Counted from the stretch's first letter, positions 1 to 7,186 are shown. The stretch is DNA of 11,808 nt from Candidatus Methylomirabilota bacterium (GCA_046726415.1 JBKPAK010000165.1:1-11808); one strand, 5' to 3'. Made by a program: numbers and translations. Notes: generated by a model from the letters alone, not told the origin.

Positions 1-1
1 G

Positions 2-946
2 ACGACCCTCCTGTCCGACATCGCCGCGCATCTCGGTGCGACGCCGGGGCCCGCCATCACGCTCGTGCCGGTGCCGTACCTCGTCTATCCGGGGATGCTG
101 GTCGAGATCGAGGCCGTCGCGATGGCGAGCGCCACCGGTGAACGGCTGCCTCGCATCGCGTCCGCTCCGCGCACCGTGGCCGGGCTGCCCGAGGCGTTCT
201 CGCAGGCGCTGCGGAGCGGCCAGATGATCCACGTCGGCGAGCAGACGGCGCGCGATGCGGCGGGCGGCCCGCCTACCGGCGACGTCGGCGCGCAGGCGGA
301 CGCGGCGATGGCGCGCCTGGCCGCGGTGCTCGGCGAGCTCGGGGCGCGCCTGGACGACGCCGTGAAGCTCAACATCTACTACGTCGGGGACGCGTCGCGG
401 GCCACCTGGCAGCGCGCCATGCAGGCCCTCGGCCGCCACTTCAGGGCGCCGGGGCCCGTGGTGACCGCGCTGCCGCTGCCGCGGCTCCCCGACGGGCTGC
501 TCCTGAAGGTGGACGTCGTCGCGATGCTCGGCGCGGACGGTGCGCGACTGCCCCGCACGGCCGCGGCGGTTCCGGGCCACTGGGACTGGGGCCTCCCGCT
601 GCCGTTCAGCCAGGGGCTCCGCTGCGGCGAGATGATCTTCGTGAGCAGCCAGAGCGCGCACGACGCGCGCGGCCACGTCGTGCACGGGGGGCAGCTCGTG
701 CCGCAGACCCACACCGCGATGGAGAACGTCCGGCGCGTGCTCGGCGCGCTCGGCGCCACCATGGACGACGTGGTGAAGATGAACGCGTCCTTCAAGAGCG
801 GCGGCACGGCCGAGGAGCAGAACGCCAACCTGCGCGTCCGGACGGCGTGCTTCGCGGATCCGGGCCCGGCATCGACCGGGATCTCCTATCCCTACCTCGC
901 GCTCGACGGGCTGATGATGGAGGTCGAGGTCATCGCGATGCGCTGA
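2..946 (+). CDS. Multi-domain Rid/YjgF/YER057c family protein (at least 3 tandem Rid domains), 5'-partial
   Basis: The frame is open from base 2 (TTLLSDIAAHLGATPGPAITLVPVPYLVYPGMLVEIEAVAM...) to TGA 944-946. Rid C-terminal motifs recur three times about 135-137 aa apart (LVEIEAVAM, LLKVDVVAM, MMEVEVIAM). Rid N-terminal motifs FSQALRSGQMIHVG/FSQGLRCGEMIFVS and DDAVKLN/DDVVKMN are present. Confidence 0.85.
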   Translation, partial: TTLLSDIAAHLGATPGPAITLVPVPYLVYPGMLVEIEAVAMASATGERLPRIASAPRTVAGLPEAFSQALRSGQMIHVGEQTARDAAGGPPTGDVGAQADAAMARLAAVLGELGARLDDAVKLNIYYVGDASRATWQRAMQALGRHFRAPGPVVTALPLPRLPDGLLLKVDVVAMLGADGARLPRTAAAVPGHWDWGLPLPFSQGLRCGEMIFVSSQSAHDARGHVVHGGQLVPQTHTAMENVRRVLGALGATMDDVVKMNASFKSGGTAEEQNANLRVRTACFADPGPASTGISYPYLALDGLMMEVEVIAMR

Positions 947-1003
947 GCACGGTCGGGAGCGGTCAGATTATCTGCTCCCCCGACACACCGTGGAATTTCG
1001 CCC

Positions 1004-1033
1004 TTGACCGCTTCGTCGTCCGCAGGGTATGAG
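1004..1033 (+). promoter_or_regulatory. Possible sigma-70-type promoter for the grdB-like operon
   Basis: TTGACC (1004-1009), 18 nt spacer, TATGAG (1028-1033), in the 237-nt gap before grdB. The -10 match is imperfect. Confidence 0.25.
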
Positions 1034-1170
1034 GGCACGAAGGACGGCGTCCCCGATGTTCACTGAGAAGCTTGCCCGTGGCCCGAGCATCGACCGCGCC
1101 TAGACTTCGACCGCCTCGAGCGCGCGCCGGCGACCTCGTCTCGGGCTTCGCCAGGCCCGCGTCGCCGCCG

Positions 1171-1178
1171 TAAGGAGG
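1171..1178 (+). promoter_or_regulatory. Shine-Dalgarno sequence of the grdB-like gene
   Basis: TAAGGAGG lies 5 nt upstream of the GTG start at 1184. Confidence 0.85.
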
Positions 1179-1183
1179 CAGTC

Positions 1184-2503
1184 GTGCTCAGGGTGGCGCA
1201 CTACCTGAACCAGTTCTTCGGCCAGATCGGCGCAGAGGACAAGGCGTCGGTCGGGGTCTCCTTCCGCGACGGCCCGGTGGGCGCCGGCGCTCTCCTGCAA
1301 CAGCGGCTGGCCGGCACGGGCACGATCGTCCAGACGGTGATCTGCGGCGACACCTTCTTCGCCGAGCACGCCGACCAGGCGCTTCCCCTCATCCTCCAGC
1401 GGATGCGCGAGCTCCGGATCGACCTCTTCGTCGCCGGCCCCGCCTTCAAGGCCGGCCGCTACGGGATGGCCTGCGGGCGCGTGTGCGCCGAGGTGGAGCG
1501 CGTGCTCGCCATCCCCACGGTGACCGGGATGCACCCCGAGAACCCCGGCGTCGATCTCTTTCGCAGGCAGACCCTTGTCAGCCATGCCGGCCCCACCGCC
1601 GCGAGCATGGCGGAGGACGTCGAACGCATGGCCCGCCTCGCCCTCAAGCGCGCGGAGAAGCAGCCGCTGGCGGCGCCGAGCGAGGAGGGCTACGTCCCGA
1701 GGGGCCGCGTGAAGAACGTCCTCCTGGAGCGGCGCGCCGTCGACCGCGCCGTCGAGATGCTCCTGAAGAAGGTGTCTGGCGAGCCGTACCGGACGGAGAT
1801 GTCGCTCCCGCGCTATCACCCGGTCACGCCGTCGGCGCCCATCCGGGACCTCGGGCGTGCGACGATCGCCCTGGTGACCGAGGGCGCCGTGGTGCCGAAG
1901 GGCAACCCCGATCGCCTCGAGTCGTGGACCGCGACGAAGTTCGGCGCCTACAGCCTCGACGGACTCGCCGACCTCTCGCCCGAGACCTTCGATTGCATCC
2001 ACGGCGGGTTTGACCTGACCTTCGCCAAGGCCGATCCCGACCGCATCGTTCCGCTCGACGTCATGCGCGAGCTCGAGCGTGAAGGCCGGATCCGCCGGCT
2101 CTTTCCCTACCTGTACGCGACGTGCGGCGGCGGCACGCCGATGGACACCGCGGAGAAGCTCGCGCAGGGCATCTTCGCCGATCTCGAGGCGAGAGGAGGC
2201 GCCCACGGCGTCATCCTCACCGCCACCTGAGGGACGGGCACTCGTTGCGGTGCAACGATGGCGCGCGAGCTCGACCGACTGGGTCTTCCCGTCGCGCTGA
2301 TCACGTGTCTCGTGGACGTCGGCGCCCTGATCGGGGTGAACCGCATCGTGGCCGCGCCGGCGATCGTCCACCCGCTCGGCCAGCCCTCGTTGCCCCTCGC
2401 GGCCGAGCGCGCGTTCCGCCGCCGGGTGGTGGAGCGGGCGCTCCAGAGCCTGCAGACCGACGTGGGAGGTCCGCAGGTGTTCCGGCTGGAGACCTCCCGA
2501 TGA
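1184..2503 (+). CDS. grdB: Glycine/sarcosine/betaine reductase family selenoprotein B (GrdB-like), 439 aa with Sec at codon 349 (UGA 2228-2230)
   Basis: Family motifs HYLNQFFGQIG, ICGDTFF, AGPAFKAGRYGMACG, VPKGNPDRLES, HGGFD, DPDRIVPLD. ORFs 1184..2230 and 2258..2503 share a frame and join as VILTAT-U-GTGTRCGATMARELDR, matching the GrdB Sec motif (canonical TST-U-GTCTRCGATM). The C-terminal HPLG motif follows. Confidence 0.93.
2242..2258 (+). promoter_or_regulatory. Bacterial SECIS element (selenocysteine insertion hairpin)
   Basis: Perfect inverted repeat TCGTTGC-GGT-GCAACGA starting 11 nt after the UGA, with a GGU apical loop. Spacing and loop resemble the E. coli fdhF SECIS. Confidence 0.8.
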
Positions 2504-3771
2504 AGCTGACCGTGCACGACTTCGACGTGCGATCGCTCGGGTTCGGACCGAGGACCGGCCTCGACGGCCACCACCTGACGGTGAACCCAGACGAGCTGAT
2601 CGAGCACCTCGCCCGGGATCCCGCGCTCGCCTCGATCGACGTCCGCCTGGCGCGGCCGGGCGAGCGGACGCGGATCGTCAACGTCCTGGGCATCACGGAG
2701 CCGCGCGCCAAGGTCGGCGACGACGTCGCTGACTTTCCCGGCGTGCTGGGCCCCCTCAGGCTCGCGGGCGTCGGGTCGACGAACGTGCTGCGCAACGTGG
2801 CGGTGATCGAGGCGGGATTCGTGAAGCCGTCGAAGGACGGCGATACCCGACAGGGTGTCGTCGACATGACGGGTCCGATCGCCCGGTTCACGCCGTTCTC
2901 GAGAACGCAGAACCTCGTGCTCCTTCCCTTCCCCGCACCCGGCATCGACCGCATCGACTACATCCGCGCCGTGAACCGGGCGGGGCTCCAGGCGGCCGCC
3001 CAGCTGGCGCGACGCGCGACCATCGATCATCCGGTCGCTCCGGACGCGACCGAGGTCTACCAGCTCGACCCCACGCGCAGAGCCGGCGGAGGGCTTCCGA
3101 GGATCGCCTACATCTGCCAGGCGTTCTGGCTCGCGGACGGATGGGAATCGTTCGTCTACGGCACCAGCATGAAGGACATCCTCCCCACGGTCCTGCACCC
3201 CAATGAGATCCTCGACGGGGCCCTCGTGAGCTGCAACTACGGCTCGCCTGCCAGCATCCGGAACCCCACCTACGCCCACCAGAACAACGCCGTCATCCGG
3301 ACGCTCTACGAGCTCCACGGCAAGGCGCTGGACTTCGCCGGCGTGGTCCTGACGCCGCAGCCGTCCGTGGGAGACGTCAAGGAGCGCTGCTCGCTGCTCG
3401 TCGCCAAGCTCGTGAAGTACGCGCTCGGCGCCGACGGCGTCGTCCTGAGCAAGGAGTCGGGGGGGCACGCCGACGTGGACACGATGCTGAACTGCCGGAA
3501 CTGCGAGGCGCTGGGCGTGCGCACGGTGCTGATGATGGACCTGCTCGAGGGCGACGCGCTGCTGTGCGCCACGCCCACGGCGGACGCGATCGTGTCGCTC
3601 GGGAAGTCCACCGAGAGGGTCAGGGGTGAGCGGGTCGACGCGGTGCTGGGCGGCAGCACGCTGGCGGGTGTGAACGGGCCCATCGACGGCGAGATCGAGA
3701 TCCCCCTCTCGATGATCTCCTGCTCCACGTCGCTCTTCGGGGATACCTACCTGTCGACCGTGGAGACCTGA
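2500..3771 (+). CDS. Glycine/sarcosine/betaine reductase component B proprotein (GrdE/GrdG/GrdI-like), 423 aa
   Basis: The true start is ATG 2500 (ATGA overlap with the grdB stop; SD GGAG 2488-2491), not 2122. Family motifs ARPGERTRIVNVLGITEPRAK, GVVDMTGP..RFTPFS, PTVLHPNEILDGA, NPTYAHQNN, LGADGVVLSKESGGHADVD, ADAIVSLG. Confidence 0.88.
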   Translation: MKLTVHDFDVRSLGFGPRTGLDGHHLTVNPDELIEHLARDPALASIDVRLARPGERTRIVNVLGITEPRAKVGDDVADFPGVLGPLRLAGVGSTNVLRNVAVIEAGFVKPSKDGDTRQGVVDMTGPIARFTPFSRTQNLVLLPFPAPGIDRIDYIRAVNRAGLQAAAQLARRATIDHPVAPDATEVYQLDPTRRAGGGLPRIAYICQAFWLADGWESFVYGTSMKDILPTVLHPNEILDGALVSCNYGSPASIRNPTYAHQNNAVIRTLYELHGKALDFAGVVLTPQPSVGDVKERCSLLVAKLVKYALGADGVVLSKESGGHADVDTMLNCRNCEALGVRTVLMMDLLEGDALLCATPTADAIVSLGKSTERVRGERVDAVLGGSTLAGVNGPIDGEIEIPLSMISCSTSLFGDTYLSTVET

Positions 3772-3782
3772 GCCCCGACGCC

Positions 3783-6263
3783 ATGGAGAGTCGCGCGCGA
3801 CTGGTGGTGATCGGAGCTGGCATCGTGGGGACGGCGGCCGTCTACCACCTCACCCGCTTCGGCTGGCGGGACATCGTCGTCATCGAGCAAGGACCGCTCC
3901 ACGACACCGGCGGCTCGAGCGGGCACGCGCCGGGTCTCGTCTTCCAGACCAACGCGTCGAGGACGATGACCGAGCTGGCGAAGGAGACGGTGAAGCTGTA
4001 CGGCGACCTCGAGCTGGACGGGCAGCCGTGCTTCTACCCGGTCGGGAGCCTGGAGGTCGCCTGCACGCGCGAGCGCCTGGAGGATCTGAAACGCCGCCTC
4101 GGCTACGCGCGGTCGTGGGGACTCCCCGCGGAGCTGCTGACGCCGCGCGAGACGCGCGCCAGGATCCCCCTCCTCGACGAGGCGCGGATCCGCGGCGCCT
4201 ATTGCGTTCCCGGCGACGGACTCGCCAGGGCGGTGCGCGCGGCGGAGGCCATGACGCGCGAGGCGCAGCAACGCGGCGCTCGCTTCCATGCGCGCACCAG
4301 GGTCACCGGCATCGAGGTGGTGAACGGCCGCGTGCGCGCGGTGGTGACGTCGCGGGGACGCATCGAGACCGAGCAGCTGCTCGTCTGCTGCGGGATCTGG
4401 GGCCCGCTCGTGGGACGCATGGCCGGCGCGTCGATCCCGCTGATGCCGATGCAGCACATCTACGCCCGGACCGCACCGATCCCCGCGCTGGCCGGGGAGA
4501 CGCGCGAGATCGTCCATCCGGTGCTGCGCCATCAGGACCGCTCGATGTACTTCCGGCAGCATGCGGACTGCTACGGAATCGGGTCCTACCGGCACGAGCC
4601 GCTCCTGGTCGAGGCGACCGAGATCCTGAGCCACGAGGCGGCGCCGGTGGCGCCGGCCCAGGTGGCGTTCACGCCGGAGCACTTCGCGGCCGCGCACGCC
4701 GCCGCCGTCGAGTTGCTTCCCGCGCTCCGGGGCGCCGAGGTCGCGCACGCCTTCAACGGGATGTTCTCGTTCACGCCCGACGGCTTTCCCCTCCTCGGTG
4801 AGGCCATCGACGTGCGGGGGTTCTGGGTCGCCGAGGCGATCTGGATCACCCACGCGGGCGGCGCGGCGCGCGCCGTCGCCGAGCTGATGCACGAGGGAGT
4901 CGCCTGGGTCGACCTGCGGGAGTGCGCCATCGACCGCTTCCACGCGCACGCGCACACCCGCGCGTACCTGCGCGCGCGGGGCGCGCAGCAGTACCGCGAG
5001 GTCTACGACATCATCCACCCGCGGCAGCCCATCGAGCACCCGCGCGGCCTGCGGCGGAGTCCGTTCCACACCCGCCTCGAGGAGCAGGGCGCGCTGTTCT
5101 TCGAGTCCGCCGGCTGGGAGGTGCCGCAGTGGTTCCATGCCAACGAAAAGCTGCTGGCGGGGCGAGCCTGGCCGGAGCGCTCCGGGTGGGAGAGCCGCTA
5201 CTGGTCGCCGATCGAGGGTGCCGAGCATATTGCCACTCGCGAGCGCGTCGGTCTCTTCGACCTGACGCGCTTCGTGAAGATCGAGGTAGCGGGCGCAGGC
5301 GCGCTCGCCCTGCTCGAACACCTCTGCGCGAACCGGATCGACGGGCGCGTGGGCAAGGTCGTCTACACCTCGATGCTGAACACCCGAGGCGGGATCGTGT
5401 GCGACCTGACGGTGACGCGACTGGCCGGGGACCGCTTTCTCGTCTTGACCGGCGCCGCCTCGGGCATGCAGGACCTCGCCTGGATCCGCCATCACGCGGC
5501 GAGCCGCGACGGCGTGACCGTGACCGACATCACCTCGGCGTACTGCGGGGTCGGGCTCTGGGGGCCCATGGCGGGACACGTCCTGCGCGAGGTCTCCGAC
5601 GACGACGTCTCGACCTTCGACTATTTCACGGCGAGGCGGCTGGCGGTGGGCAGTATCCCGGCGCTCGCGCTGCGTGTCTCGTACGTCGGCGAGCCGGGCT
5701 GGGAGATCTACTGCGCAACCGAGTACGGCGCGGGACTGTGGGACGCGCTGTGGAAGGCGGGACAGCCCTTCGGGATGGTCGCCGGGGGGAGCGGCGCCTT
5801 CGATTCCTTACGCCTCGAGAAGGGATACCGGCTCTGGGGCGCCGATCTCCACACCGACTACAACCCCTACGAGGCAGGTCTGGGGTTCGCGGTCAAGCTG
5901 GACAAGGGCGACTTCATCGGCCGCGAGGCGCTCACCCGCGTGAAGCAGCGGGGCCTCACACGCCGGCTCTGCTGCCTGACCTTCGACGATCCCGGTGCCG
6001 TCGTCGTCGGCAAGGAGCCGGTCCTCGACGGCGACACGCCGCTCGGCTACGTGACGAGCGCCAACTACGGGTACACGGTGGGCCGGGCGATCGCCTACGC
6101 GTATCTGCCGATCGATCACGCCACCGTCGGCAGCAAGGCCGAGGTCCAGTACTTCGATCGGCGCTACCGCGCGACTGTCACCGACGAGCCGCTCTACGAT
6201 CCGAAGGGGCTTCGCCTGCGGCGATCGTCGGCCCGGTCTCCTTCGACCAGGCCTGGGCCATGA
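3783..6263 (+). CDS. N,N-dimethylglycine oxidase/dehydrogenase-like flavoprotein (DAO FAD domain + GcvT folate-binding domain), 826 aa
   Basis: Rossmann VVIGAGIVG; GGSSGHAPGL with His at position 48 (the covalent-FAD His48 of Arthrobacter DMGO); PMQHIY and LRHQDRSMYFR (His/Tyr dyad region); GMFSFTPDGFP; GcvT motifs GGIVCDLTVTR, SYVGEPGWEIY, DSLRLEKGYRLWG, EPLYDPKG. Confidence 0.9.
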   Translation: MESRARLVVIGAGIVGTAAVYHLTRFGWRDIVVIEQGPLHDTGGSSGHAPGLVFQTNASRTMTELAKETVKLYGDLELDGQPCFYPVGSLEVACTRERLEDLKRRLGYARSWGLPAELLTPRETRARIPLLDEARIRGAYCVPGDGLARAVRAAEAMTREAQQRGARFHARTRVTGIEVVNGRVRAVVTSRGRIETEQLLVCCGIWGPLVGRMAGASIPLMPMQHIYARTAPIPALAGETREIVHPVLRHQDRSMYFRQHADCYGIGSYRHEPLLVEATEILSHEAAPVAPAQVAFTPEHFAAAHAAAVELLPALRGAEVAHAFNGMFSFTPDGFPLLGEAIDVRGFWVAEAIWITHAGGAARAVAELMHEGVAWVDLRECAIDRFHAHAHTRAYLRARGAQQYREVYDIIHPRQPIEHPRGLRRSPFHTRLEEQGALFFESAGWEVPQWFHANEKLLAGRAWPERSGWESRYWSPIEGAEHIATRERVGLFDLTRFVKIEVAGAGALALLEHLCANRIDGRVGKVVYTSMLNTRGGIVCDLTVTRLAGDRFLVLTGAASGMQDLAWIRHHAASRDGVTVTDITSAYCGVGLWGPMAGHVLREVSDDDVSTFDYFTARRLAVGSIPALALRVSYVGEPGWEIYCATEYGAGLWDALWKAGQPFGMVAGGSGAFDSLRLEKGYRLWGADLHTDYNPYEAGLGFAVKLDKGDFIGREALTRVKQRGLTRRLCCLTFDDPGAVVVGKEPVLDGDTPLGYVTSANYGYTVGRAIAYAYLPIDHATVGSKAEVQYFDRRYRATVTDEPLYDPKGLRLRRSSARSPSTRPGP

Positions 6264-6333
6264 TCGAGCTGGGCCCATGGGGAATGCCGAGTGCGACAGA
6301 TCGTGGCGCTCGCCGCTGCAACCCGAGAAGCGC

Positions 6334-6444
6334 TCAGCCGACGAACACTCCGCCGGCGGGGTGCAGGAGCTCGCCGGTGAAGTACGACGCGTCGTCCGAG
6401 GCGAGAAAGAGCGCGGTCGCCGCGATCTCCTCAGGCTTGCCGTA
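6334..6444 (-). pseudogene. 3' remnant of a short-chain dehydrogenase/reductase (SDR) gene
   Basis: Translates to YGKPEEIAATALFLASDDASYFTGELLHPAGGVFVG*, a typical SDR C-terminus with GC-rich codon usage. Resemblance stops abruptly at ~6445, where GC drops; no Rossmann or YxxxK part upstream. Confidence 0.8.
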
Positions 6445-6471
6445 ATTCTCCACGAGTACCATACGAATGGG

Positions 6472-7186
6472 ATGGCCCTCACCGCGACGAGTTATGCAGG
6501 TCAACTTCACTTCTTCGCCAACGTGATCGGCAATTTCGCAATCGATCATGGTTGGTGGGACGGTCAGTGGAATTTTGAGGATCTCGACGTTGACGAAGGT
6601 AACGATCCATCGTCAACTGCGATAGTCGGGAAAAGGCTGTGGGTGGTTGGTTCGGGAAGGTTTGATCCCTACTATCCTAAACTTCGTTGCGGCGTGTGGG
6701 ATCAAGGAGCTTGGCATTTCGCGACACTGGACCAAGGGAACGGCACTAACGGCGATTGTGTTTCAGCTGCCTACGGAGGGCAGTTCCACGTTTTCAGCCG
6801 CCGAGGTGGCCCAGTAGACCCGATCCCCGGAATACGGCACGGCTGGTGGGACGAGGCAAGACCTCTTCAGCCGCTCGGGCCTGGCGGTTGGCACTTCGAA
6901 ACGATGGACGAGCAAGAATTCGGCAGCGCCGCGGGCAAGCTCGCGGTGGTTAACTACGGTGCGCAACTTGACCTTTTTGTTCAAGGAGCTAATCCGGGCG
7001 GTGGGTTCGTGTTGCGGCATCACTCGTGGAACGGAAATCGTTGGAACGCGGAGTCACTCGACCAGGGAGTCAGCGAAGCAAGGGGCGTTGACAGCAGCAA
7101 CCTTAGGCAATCAGCTACACGTCTTAAACTTGGGACGTGAGGCCGGAGGCGCGCCGGTACTCCGACACGTGCTCTTTACACCGTAG
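6472..7186 (+). pseudogene. Trp-rich tandem-repeat beta-propeller (fungal fucose-lectin/PLL-like) protein with a frameshift at ~7063-7085
   Basis: Four repeats of A..Y.GQLH(V/F)F...(I/L)RHGWWD..W.F..LD type in the frame of ORF 6277..7140 from ATG 6472. A fifth partial repeat, ALTAATLGNQLHVLNL...VLRHVLFTP*, continues in the +1 frame (ORF 6959..7186). The region is visibly lower in GC. Confidence 0.6.

Noticed and set aside
944-946. Possible Sec readthrough at other TGA stops (944, 2501, 3769, 6261)
   Set aside because: Each falls at or beyond the natural family C-terminus, with no Sec-type motif and no comparable SECIS noticed.
1033-1100. TPP- or glycine-riboswitch-like leader (contains CTGAGAAG...CCCGT)
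   Set aside because: The conserved 3' half of the TPP aptamer and the glycine aptamer core motifs are absent.
1029-1103. Short leader peptide (MRARRTASP)MFTEKLARGPSIDRA
   Set aside because: No informative amino-acid run, weak SD spacing and no attenuator terminator seen.
2122-2499. N-terminal 126 aa of the 549-aa ORF 2122..3771
   Set aside because: Arg/Gly-rich off-frame shadow of the grdB 3' end; GrdE-like sequence starts at ATG 2500, which has its own SD.
2258-2503. Independent 81-aa ORF, or grdB as a nonsense pseudogene
   Set aside because: It is the in-frame C-terminus of GrdB after the Sec UGA; the motif and SECIS support readthrough.
1100-5579. Long antisense ORFs (1100..2371, 2107..3468, 3747..5579) and alternative-frame ORFs such as 4922..6445
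   Set aside because: Typical stop-poor shadows of GC-rich genes; no family motifs, and they overlap well-supported CDSs.
6277-6471. N-terminal 65 aa of ORF 6277..7140
   Set aside because: Mostly antisense to the SDR remnant; propeller repeats and lower-GC composition begin only at ~6445-6472.
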